DNA of 64,000 bases from Blepharisma stoltei ATCC 30299. Lineage: Eukaryota; Protista; Ciliophora. Both the position numbers and the translations under genes were made by a program. Below the pieces are notes generated by a model, which was not told the DNA's origin, did no database searches, and saw nothing but the letters and a program-made list of their open reading frames with translations. The stretch spans positions 496,001 to 560,000 of the forward strand of contig CBFDEM010000028.1 in assembly GCA_965603825.1 (NCBI GenBank). Direction: 5' to 3'. Position 1 is the first letter of the stretch. Every line of letters starts with the position of its first letter. Below, piece by piece: positions 50,928 to 61,967 of the stretch.

Positions 50928-52289
50928 TTAAACATCATCAATAGGCATTTCAGCGCTCTCTTCATTTTCTACATTAACAGCCCTGCTTTGATTATTCCCA
51001 TCATTAAATGTAGCATTGAGATGAAATGTAGCCCCAACAGTATCCTCATCCCTTCTTGTCATCATAGTAGTATCACAATTTTTCCAATCTCTTTTGCAGA
51101 GGCAGCAATAAGCTTTCCTTGAAAACCATTCATCTATACATTTTTTATGATAAACATGTTCACAAGGAAGGACCCTTATTTTATCATTTTTTAAAAAGCT
51201 TTCTAAACAGATAGGACAAGGAAATGACTCAGAGTTGGTGGGACGATACTCTTTTTCAGGGAAATTTTCTTCTATTGTAGTTAGCTCTATGGCCCTTTCT
51301 GGGTTGTGATTTTCTTCTTCAAGAATTGCTATAGAAGTGGACCTTCTCCAGGTTCTAATCAGGGCAAATACGACTCAGCCAACGATAATGAGGGAGGAAC
51401 AGGCGATTATGATATAAAATATCAAAGGGTCTGAGCCACTGCCACTGCTAGTTGCTTGAGAAAGCAGAAATTTAGCTGTTATAAAATTTTCTGAGTCATT
51501 TTCAAGTGAAAAATAGAACGCTGTGTTTCCGTTTTTACTGAAGGTAAATGTAAATGAGTTGCCTGTTTTTTTAATTTTATTTTCGTAAATAGTTGGCAAT
51601 AAAGTGTCATATCCTGAAGAAGGTTTGGCATAAATTGTGATTGTGCTTGCGTCAGCGTTGGCGAGCTCAACTTGCACTTGAATTTCATCGTCAGTTGACG
51701 TGAATTTGTAATATGCATATGCCAAACTATTTTCATATATATCGACATTTTGATACCCTGACAGATAAACTAAATCTGCATTAACATGGCAATCAACACC
51801 AATTCAGTTATCATTACATCCACATGTCGTTTTATTACAATTTCCTTTACCTGAACAATCATTAGGACAGGCATTATTATACTTTTGGACCGCTGAAAGT
51901 CTATAAGATACAGCAGCTGTTGTATTTGTATAAACACCAATATAAAAAGTTTGAGAATCATAAGTTAAAGGCTCAAGAACGATATTGTGAGAGGAGTACG
52001 ATAAATAGTAATTATCCATATCAGCCCAATCAGTTTTAAAACCTTTTTTTTCTAAACTAGGAGGTTTATTTCTTCTAGCAAGTAAAGCTAAGTGGAATCC
52101 AGAGTCAAGCTGAAGCTTTATAGATAAATAATAAATATCTTGTGAAACGATTCCTTGTAGTATAAAATATTTTCAGCTTTCAGTTTGGATAACATAGCGG
52201 GTTATGCCAACTGAAACAGTTTCGTAGGTTTCATCTCCACTTGTGGTAAGCACTAATAAAGTGCAAACTATCAGAAAGAGCCATCCCAT
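50928..52289 (-). CDS. Signal peptide - EGF - TM - RING-H2 membrane E3 ligase (~453 aa; 3 TGA=Trp)
   Basis: MGWLFLIVCTLLVLTTS signal; CPNDCSGKGNCNKTTCGCNDN(W)IGVDC; TM LIFYIIIACSSLIIVG(W)VVFALI; CPICLESF...LPCEHVYHKKCIDEWF...CCLC. Confidence 0.88.
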
Positions 52290-52573
52290 TGATAGGAATT
52301 TTATATTTTAATTAATGCTAAATGTATAAAAAAATAAATAATTATTGTTATTATAAGAGAAAACTTTGCCTATTTTTAAGAATATCCCTAATATTTACGT
52401 TATGCACTTATTAGTCCTCTACAGTTAAACTTTAGCAGTTTGCAATAAATTCCTAAGCTGAGACTTTGCCTTTATATTTATTTTATAAAAATAATTTCAT
52501 TATCATTTTATTTCTCAAGATTTAAATTAAAATCAGCTTAATCCTTCTTAATTCTCTTTAAATAATTTACAAA

Positions 52574-54865
52574 ATGGTAAAATCTATGTAGAGTATCATA
52601 AGTATACTTCGTAAACGAAACCAAAAAGTGATACCCGTTGACTTTTCAAAAATTTCTATGGAGGAAGACTCGTTTGTCCCCAGAACTAGAAGAAATTCTA
52701 TTAAAAACGACAGTTTTAAGCCTCATGACAGCTATGTTTTGACTCTTTCAACTGAGCCTGCAGAACAAATTCAAAATGACCAGCAGCCTACTTCTAAATA
52801 TAAGAGAATTTGGCAGAGAATTAAATGGAAAGTGATGATGGATATCCGAATGAGAAACCTTATGAATGATATAAAAAAGTACGGACAAGACGAAAGTGCA
52901 TTTTTCTCCCCAACCAGTGACGGCTTACTTCAAGATGAATATTATAAGGCAAAGGCAGATTCTATGCTCCAATCTAAATGGAGTACCCGTGACAACCCAA
53001 TAATTCCAAAATATATAATTAACCCGAGTGGATGATTTAAATTATTTTGGGATTTATATATAGGCATTTGGCTGCTTTATACAGCACTAGTCACACCATT
53101 TGTTATTGCATTTTTGGTTACAAAAACTTGGGATGTTTGGTTTTGAATTGATTTTGTAACAGATATGTCATTTCTTGCTGACACTATAATTCAATTAAAT
53201 ACTGCTTATCTGAATAAGGACGATATTCTTATTACATCAAGAAAGTCTATTTTTTTGAATTATTTATGCGGGTGACTTCTACTTGATTTAATTGCTTCAA
53301 TCCCATTTGGGATGATTGAAGTCCTATTAGATTATGAAAGCCATGGGCGGATGATGAACCAGCTTGTCAAAATTTTTAAAATTAAATCCGTCCCAAGGCT
53401 ATTTAGGCTTACCAAACTGTCAAAATTATTTAAAGAAAAAACATCAAGTGAAAACTTTGAAAATATTCAAATAATCTTGAATATCAATCATAGCATTACT
53501 CGCCTAATAAGCGCTTTATCAGTTATTGCAGTATCTCTTCACCTGGTAGGATGTATGTGATTTTATTCAGCTCGATTTGATGATTTCAGCCCAGATACTT
53601 GGGTTGTAAGACTGGGATATATGGACAAGCCTATCAAAGAGCTATATCTTGCCAGTATTTATTGAGGAATGACAACTTTAGCAACTGTAGGATATGGCGA
53701 TATAAATCCTCGTACAAATTTCGAAAAAGGCATAGCTATGGTTTGGATGATTTGTGCTGTCTATTTTATATCATTTAGCATAGGAAGTTTATCGTCAATG
53801 TACTCTAATATTGATATTATGAAAAATATAATAGACCACAAAATACAGGTATCTGATAATTATGCGAGGGAGACTGAAATATCTAGTGATATTAAAAGAA
53901 AAATGATCAAAACAATTCGAGTGAGAACGGAAAAAGTTGTTATTTCTTCTGATGATAAAGAAGATTTGCTTAATGAATTCCCCAAAAAATTGAAATATGA
54001 TATAGCTTTGACTATGCATAAAGGCATCATAAAAAAATTTTCATTTTTCACTTTAAAAGACTACACATTTATTGCTGGGACTGTGCCATATTTACAACCA
54101 ATGATAGCAGGAATAAATGAAATGATTTGCCGCAAAGGGGAAGTTCCTCATAATATATATTTTATTGCCTCAGGCAGAGCATGCTTTATTTATGGAGAGG
54201 ACAATATTGTATACAGAGTTCTCCAAGAAGGCCATTATTTTGGAGACGCAGAAGTTGTTAGAAATGTCCTTAGGAAATATAATATTTGTGCAGGAGCTGA
54301 TGCTGTCATATTAGTTATGACCAAAAAGGTAACACCTATTTAGCTTATCGAAAAAATTCAGCTTGAATTTCCTGCAATCTGAAAAGAGATCGTTGAATTT
54401 GCTGATGAAAGAGAAAAGAAAATAATCAAAGCTCTTGCAGAAATGAAAGCTTTGCTTAAAGCAAATCACAGTGGGCTTATTAAGACTTTAAGTGCAGCTG
54501 AATTTAAAGAAATAATAGCAAAGGAAATTGCTGATATAGAAACAGAAATAAATGAAGAATCTGAAAGGGAGGATTTTAAGTATAGCGAAAAAATGAAATA
54601 TAAACAAATGGTCACTATAAGGAGACAATTAGATGAAAATACAAACTTAATAGACCGAGTGCAGAATTTGATAAAAAAAATAGATAGCGATAATCAAGAA
54701 AAGCAAGACCATTTGCCACCAATAAATCAAATAAGCCTAGAAACTTTAACAACAGCTAGAAGATTCCTAAATATAAATTTTGATATTTTGGAAAATCAAA
54801 ATATAGCAGAGTCCTTGGATATCCCAGAATCCGAAAATAAAGATAAAGAGACAGGAAATAAATAA
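52574..54865 (+). CDS. Voltage-gated K+ channel with cyclic-nucleotide-binding domain (KCNH/HCN-like); introns 52577..52591 and 54329..54343
   Basis: YLCG(W)LLLDLIASIPF, basic S4, Y(W)GMTTLATVGYGD filter, CNBD IYFIASG...EGHYFGD; 6 TGA=Trp. Confidence 0.93.
52577..52591 (+). other. 15-nt intron GTAAAATCTATGTAG directly after the start ATG
   Basis: Consensus match; contains an in-frame TAG; removal links ATG 52574 to the channel ORF. Confidence 0.75.
54329..54343 (+). other. 15-nt intron GTAACACCTATTTAG
   Basis: In-frame TAG inside the CNBD; removal gives LVMTKKLIEKIQLEFPAI(W). Confidence 0.92.
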
Positions 54866-55000
54866 TGTATAATACTATTTGTCAGATGCCTGCTTACAAA
54901 TTATAATGGTTTTCTTTAGTTTTAACAAAATATAGGCTTTTCTATATTTTTTCTTAAATTCTTATGAAAAATATCTAAGCCCGGCATTAGAATTAAATAA

Positions 55001-56344
55001 ATGGGTGAAACTTCAGTCGGATCATATGACAATTCCAGAGATTATTTACTTCAACCGCTTAATGATAATGAAGAACCAACCAGACCAGAGCGCAAGTGGA
55101 CAGACAGAGTCATCGGCAAAATGGAGCCTGGGTCTATGCGAGGCTCTATTTTCGCCTTAATTTCTACAGCAATCGGTGCAGGCTGTTTGACAATCCCTTT
55201 AATCTTTAAATGACTAGGCATCACTTTAGGACTTTTTATGATATTTATGGGAGCTTTTTCAAGCTACTATGGTCTAATTGGGATTGCTCTTGCAGCTGAT
55301 AAGCATAGAAACTACAATTACCCCAATTTAGTTCGGACAATCCTAGGGAAGAATTGGGGTCTACTTATGGACATTACGATTATTTTATACGTTTATGGTA
55401 CTTTAATAGGCTATCAAATTATGATAGGAACTTTTGTTCCGAGCATAGCAAGGTCTCTTAGCATCAATACAAGCCCAGATGAGACGAGAATTGTAATAAT
55501 GTGCGCATCTTGTATCTTTATTATGATCCCGTTAGGCTTGATGAAGAATCTAAGCTCACTCAGATTTGTTGCGATGCTAAGTGCGTTTACACTGGTGTAT
55601 ATCACGTTTTTGCTGGTATCAGAATATTACTTCTTTGAAGAACACAATAATATTGGAGAAGTCAATTATTTTGATATAAATGTCAATGTTTTTTCAGGGT
55701 ACGCATTTTGCCTCTATGCATTTACGTGCCATACCAACATTGCTCAGGTCCAAGGAGAACTTAAATATAGCAACCTCCGCCGCATCAAAAAAATTTCTTT
55801 CCGAACAATTCTCAGTATCATGATTCCTTATATTTTCCTAGGACTTTATGGCTATTTATCAGCACTAGATGATACTCCAACTTTGATTATTATGAGAGAC
55901 ACCCCAGCAGATATCAAAAATGACTGAGCAATGGTAATCTCCAAAATTTTTATGTCAATTACATTAATATTCGCAGTTCCCATCAACATCCACCCTTGCC
56001 GCACAACTATAATCAAGAACATGCTAAAGATAGAAACCCCTTCAACCAAACTGTAAAAACTATCTAGACACGTATCAGTCACCCTTCTCTTACTACTGAC
56101 CTCCTTAGGGATCGCAATTGTGTATCCTGCAATCACAGTATTATTCGGATTTTTAGGAGGTTTTTGCTGCGGTATAATCGTGCTTATACTCCCAGGTAAT
56201 TTTTATATAGCCTTATTACGGTGCAAGATCATGGGATATCAGCCAAATAGCTGGCAGTTCATAATAATCTTTGGAGGCTTTTTTGTCCTATTTCTAGTCG
56301 GCTCCATCAGTTCAGTTCTCTCTATTGCAGGAATTGGAGGCTAA
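55001..56344 (+). CDS. Amino-acid transporter (SLC38/AVT-like); intron 56053..56067, probable intron 56196..56210
   Basis: GSIFALISTAIGAGCLTIP, PLGLMKNLSSLRF, YAFTCHTN, PINIHPCR; 2 TGA=Trp. Confidence 0.9.
56053..56067 (+). other. 15-nt intron GTAAAAACTATCTAG
   Basis: Unspliced frame hits TAA; removal gives KLHVSVTLLLL and continues the TM segments. Confidence 0.9.
56196..56210 (+). other. Probable stopless 15-nt intron GTAATTTTTATATAG
   Basis: Full consensus match; in frame, no stop. Confidence 0.6.
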
Positions 56345-56392
56345 GTTAACTTAAAAATCCTTATTTAAAATAACATAATTTATTATTTGTAA

Positions 56393-58342
56393 CTAATACC
56401 CTTTTTCTGTTTCACAAGTGGTTTCTGGGTTCTTTGTGTCTATAGGTGACAGTTTAAGGTTGGATCTTCTTGACGAGTTTAATTCATACCCTTTAGGGGT
56501 AAGTTCATTATTGGAATCAATAATCCCAGCTAGCTCTTTGCTCAGACTGATATTGGTCCTTGTAAGTCTTCTATGTTTAATAGTAGTTGACCTTTCTGAT
56601 TTCCTTTTGGCGATCTCAAAAACATTGATAGGGGGTGAGGTCACAGCTGCCATCCTGACCTCTTCTATATCTTCAAAGCCAAAATTGCTCCTCATAGTCT
56701 TTATTTCGCCAAGCTGGTTAAGCTTGTTCATTGATTTTAATTTGGAGGTTACTTCATTAGACATGTTCCCCATCCTGTCCCTTCTTCTTTTAGCTAATAC
56801 AATTCGGTCGAGCTCTTCTGTTTGGCTTACATTGCTTCGAGCATTTGGATCTTTAGGACATTGGCTAGGCAAGTGTCCGATTTCTCTGCAGCTCGGGCAT
56901 CTTTTATTGTATTTTTTCTTTTCAATTTCTTCTGTGGGCTCGTTTTCTTCTTCTTCGTCTTCATCTCTGCTTTCGTGCTTAGAAGTCACGCAGCCAGGGG
57001 TGTCTTCTTTAATATTTCCACAGCACCAGTACATCATTCCATTCCATTTGCCAGCATGTCTTAGACAAGATCAATTGTAATTGTCCTTTTCAAAAAAAGG
57101 TCTATTGCAATTTTTGCATAACTTTTCTTCATTTAAGCCAAACTGTTTCCTCTTAGCGTTCATTTCTTTAATTTGGAGCCTCACTTTTGCATAGCTTTCA
57201 TTTATTTCTTTGAACTTTTTTTCCATTTGTGAGCATTTTTCTTCATATGTGTCTCTTTCATCTTTGGCTTGGGAGACTTTTTTGCCCATAGCGCCTAATA
57301 TTTCTTTCATAGTGTTTTTTAATCGTCTGACTTCATCTCTATATCCTAGCCTTTTCGTAGAAGTTGTATCATTTTGAAATATAAATTCTATGCAGCTCTT
57401 AGTTGTCTGTAAAGCATCTTCTTCAGTTTTCACTCAAAAACCAAACAAATCGTCGCATCGTTTTCTGATAATTTGATGTTCATTATCAATTTTTTCAGTG
57501 CTTTTTTCGCTGCCACACAAGTCTTCACAAGCTCCATAAAGCCCTTTGAGCCTTTCTCCCATGATATCATTTTGCATTTGTAAGGCTGCGTTCCAGTGTT
57601 GAAGTTCATTAGCTTTGTCGCCAAGCATTTTATTTCGAATTCTTTCTTTATTGAGTTGATCAATATTTTCAATTCGATCTGCTTCTTTTTTGATATTAAG
57701 CTGCCTATATTCGTTGATTTGTTGATTGACTAAGCTTGCATTGAGCTGCTCAGACTTCATTGATTTGTTGGTTTCTTGGATTTGGTATTTTAGATTATTC
57801 AGCGTGCAAATGCTGCCTATTAAGTTTCCTTTAACTTCATCAATCTCAGCTTGGATTCGCTTTTTTTCTAGCTCTGCATCAGTTCATCGGTTTTTTAGAT
57901 TTTCAAGCTCTTTATTAGTCATGTTTAATTGTTTTGAAATAATATCACTAAGCTTGCATTTCGCTGTTCTTTCTGAGTTTTCTTTAGAATTGACCCCAAA
58001 TAGAGATGATCTGCTTTTAGCAGCTATGTTACGGCCATCTGCTTCAAACATAGGAAGGAGAAATTGTTTAATTACTTGAGAAGCAAGCTCTGGGGTAACT
58101 TGGATATCTTGATGTATATTCCGGTTTTTAATTTTACTAGAAATAGTCACTGGGGATGGAGATGCTATTCTTCCTGCCGATCTTGTAGACAATTGGCTTC
58201 GCTTTTCTCGTTTTTCAAAAAGAGGAGTTGATATTGTTTTATAAATCATGTTTCTATTTGTTGATGATTCACTTGTTGACTCGAAAAATGTGCGGTATGA
58301 CTGCAAAGATATTAGATTTTCTTGAGAAACCACTTTTTTCAT
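56393..58342 (-). CDS. Coiled-coil protein with Cys/His (Btk-motif-like) zinc module and CCHC zinc knuckle (~649 aa)
   Basis: Four in-frame ORFs joined by 3 TGA; CKNC...N(W)SCLRH...WCC...GC...H; CPSCREIGHLPSQC. Confidence 0.75.
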
Positions 58343-58602
58343 TTTTATATTATTTATTACACATTCATGTTTGGTGAAAATTCAAATTATTTTCACTAAG
58401 AGTATCTCAAATGACCTTTCCAAGGCTGAATACTAGATCTTATTTTTGAAACTTCAACAATTGCCTAATAAATTGGTTTAATAGCCAAATAAGCAATCTA
58501 TTTTTAATTATTTTAAATAAATAATCCTAAACCACTTATTAATACAATAAAATTTATTACAAAGTGATTATTCTCTATCTAATTTGACGATAAGAAGATC
58601 TA

Positions 58603-59058
58603 TTACTTATTATAGTCTGATATCTCCATAGCTCTCTGATAAGTGAGATTGTCTATATCTTCATATCTCTTCGCAACTTTTTTCTTCAGAGCTAAATTCT
58701 CTACAACCCAGTGAGGGCATTCTTCAAAAATAACACCTTTCCATTGATTGCATTGAGGAACATCATCAGCAGGGCTGTGAACTCCGTAGCTAGCTTTGCA
58801 TTGGACCAGTTTATTAATTTGTTTTGCGCACTCTCGTGGGTATGGAATACCTCTAGGTGGGGCATAAAGTCTGGCCTCTTGTCTTTTGGTTGATGGGGCT
58901 GATGTGACGTACTTCAAATCATGAGAATCAACTTCTCCCCATAAATGGCTTCTATGAATGAGTCCGCTTCTGAATTTTGAGTCCTTGTAGCTTGTATGCC
59001 AGAGCTTGAAGGCATTTTCCCAGTAGCCAGGTTCAGTGTCGAGTATTGTTCGCGACAT
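58603..59058 (-). CDS. Mitochondrial CX9C/CX10C protein, cytochrome c oxidase subunit 6B-like
   Basis: CAKQINKLVQC (CX9C) ... CNQWKGVIFEEC-PHW (CX10C-P-x-W); ends TAA TAG. Confidence 0.55.
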   Translation of the reverse strand: MSRTILDTEPGYWENAFKLWHTSYKDSKFRSGLIHRSHLWGEVDSHDLKYVTSAPSTKRQEARLYAPPRGIPYPRECAKQINKLVQCKASYGVHSPADDVPQCNQWKGVIFEECPHWVVENLALKKKVAKRYEDIDNLTYQRAMEISDYNK

Positions 59059-59244
59059 AAATATAATTAATGCTCTTTATTTCATAAAACTTAGAGATTT
59101 TTTACGAGCATCTAAATAATGACCTTTTTCTTGTAAAAAGATAAGAAAATTATGCTTGACATTTAAAATCAAAGAAATATTAAAAAGGCTCGATAATAAA
59201 TCTTATATTTGACACAAAAGTAATAGAAATATTTATATTTTTCC

Positions 59245-61959
59245 TTAAAGATAACTTCTTGATGTTTCTTGAATATCCAAAAACAATTTACTTGTATTTA
59301 TGCTTGGCAAGTCTATATGCTGGCTTTTTGATGCCCTATGTTTAGCACCCTTTGAGCCAGGCAAAATATCTGAATCATTCAAAGTTTTAAAAGACCCAGA
59401 GTCATAAGGCGGCTTTGTGCTCGCAGAATTCCATGCACTTCCTAAGAAGCTTCCCATTATTTGAATTAATTGCCTTCTGTTATAAGTTCTATACCTATAT
59501 TTTACAGGTGTAGGCGAGTAGTTTAAGCATGCCAATTTAAAGGCATTTAAAAGCAATGGGTTTTGTCCTGTGCATGTAATACACTCAGGTTTTAAAGAAA
59601 CAACTCCTTTTGATAGTCTTGGAGTAGAGCTGTCAGAATACCCCGTTAATTGAATAGATTGCCTATCTTCTTCATCTTGAAGTATCAACGTATGCATCAC
59701 CCTACAAAATTCGCTTAAGCTAGCTACAAGCTCACTAATATTTTCTACCTGGCTTATTATAGTTGCCATTAATTTTTCACGATCCCTTGACTCTTGTTGG
59801 GTCTGGGAAATCATTTTTTGTATATCATATCTGTCTTGTTTTCTTTCTTTTAGCATAATTTTGAATTCACTATTAAATAAATCAAAATTTGAGTCAATTT
59901 CGCTTTTGAATTGTTCTAGAGATGCTTTGCAGAATAAAACGGTGGATTCTAGGTCGTTTTTGAGATTCTCGAAGTCAGCTTTATAGATGAAGTCAATTTT
60001 TAGAGCCTCGAATTCTTCTTTGAAAATTAAGAGATGGCTGAGGGAGAGTTTAAGGTCATCAAGCTGGACATAAATTTCATCAAGGCTGTTTGAAGACTCT
60101 TCTGAGGAAAGATCAGTTTCAGTCAAATTAAGGTTTTCTGGCTTTGGATTGTTGCTTTCGGTTGAAAATTCTTCGATATTGATATTTTCTTTTAGCTCTT
60201 CTATTGGATGATTAGTATCTAATTTGTGCTGAAATACAAAACTAGCGTCTGAAAGTTGAGTATTTTTTGCAGATTGGTTAGGCTTTTCATTTTCTGGGTT
60301 CAAGCTTATGGGTTTATCCTGGCTTTGTTTTAGAGACACTGTTTTTGGTAGTTTTTCTTTATCAAGTCTGTCCATTTGATTTTCAGATTTTTTAGGAATT
60401 TCATTTAAAGATTCAGTTTGGTCTTCTTGAGCTCGCAAGTTCGATGGTTTTTTCTGAATGGGAGCCTCTGTAAAGCTGATTTGCAAATTTGAAGAATTTA
60501 GAAGTTTGTTTTTTGGATTATTTTCTGGTGATTGAATATAATCATCACTTTTATTTTCCTGATAATTGTCTATATGATCTGTTTCTTGCACAGCTAAACC
60601 AGGCAGAATTTTTTCCTTAGCTGCTTTTGTAGGCCTTATTCTTTTAGGCCTGTTTTTTGTTTTTTTGTTTTGCATATATTCAGATATTTCAAGAACTTGA
60701 GAATTTGAAGGCAATTCATCTATAATTTCTTGGTCTTCTTTGAATTTTCCAGCCAAATTTTCATTGATATGTGAGCTAAGATCTCTTATTTTTTTATTTT
60801 CATAGGTCTCCTCAATTATTTCTTTAATTGGCAGACTATTTTCTGATGAATTTATGTTATTTTTTATTTGACTTGATGAATTTTCATTTTTTAATGATCT
60901 GTGGCTTTTATGACTTCTAATAATAGCTTCATTTTCTTTCTTTAGCAGAGCCTTTTTAGATTCATCAGCAGCCTTGGCATTATTTAATCGTAAATTTCTG
61001 ACTTCGTCAATTTTTTCAACATTATTTTTTGTTTTTTCTATTATCTCACCTATTGTCAGTTTATTCCCATCCTCAGTTTTTAGCTTTTCCAATTTGGAAT
61101 TTTCATAATTTATGAAATTTACTAAATCCTCATAGCCTAGAAAAACGCTCAGCGACTCAGAAATATCATGCAGCCTTTCTATAGGCAGTTGAGTTTGGAT
61201 ATACCCTAATATTTTATTTTTAAAATCTCTAAGCTCAACAATCTCTTCATATAAGACACCTATTTCTTTTTGTATTTGTTTCTTAAGCCTTATCAATTCC
61301 TTATCCTCGATTTCTTCATTTTTATTTTCTATTTTCTGTTTTACTTCTCTTATCTTAATTTTAAGCATCTCTACATCTTTATTTACTGCAGGCAAAACAT
61401 TTTCATTAATATCAACCATTTGTCTTTTATTATCTTCAATGCGATCTCTAAATTTTTCTCAATCCTCTCGAATTAAATTGCAACAATTTCAAATTTCTTC
61501 TCTATTTTTATTATTTTCTTCAGTAATTGATTTTCTATCATTTTGAAAGCTATACTTAAATTCCTCAACTAAACTTCGAATTCCCAATTGAGAATCTTGC
61601 AAAGAAGAAAAGTTGACTAAAATATTTTCAAATAAATGATTTATATTGTCAACACTAGTCTGAAGGCTTTCAAACCTAAACATATTATGTGCATCTTGGG
61701 TATTTTTTTGGTTTCTCAGTTCTGTAAGTGATTTGCTCAGCTCATCAATAGTGATTACTTTTTTCAATGTTTTATCAGTCATAAAATCAAGTTCATCTAG
61801 TCTTTTTTGAGCAGAATTATCATGCTTTATCAGCTTGTCAATAGATTCTTCATGATTTGTAACTCTCCTTAATGTAGGCGCTATAAGTTCTGATACAATT
61901 CCTCTTATTTTGGTTTCGAAATTAAAAAAATCAAACTCAGAGGTACGCGTATTTTCCAT
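59245..61959 (-). CDS. Coiled-coil protein with disordered middle and Cys-containing C-terminal domain (~904 aa; 2 TGA=Trp)
   Basis: ORFs 61489..61959 and 59245..61419 joined via TGAs; C-terminal CITCTG...AFKLACLNYSP. Confidence 0.75.
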
Positions 61960-61967
61960 TTAATTAG

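Noticed and set aside
120-61476. Many short overlapping or antisense ORFs in the track (e.g. 56418..57080+, 44760..45125+, 42576..42968+, 28019..28342-)
   Set aside because: Shadow frames of real genes; S/L/F-rich antisense composition; no motifs
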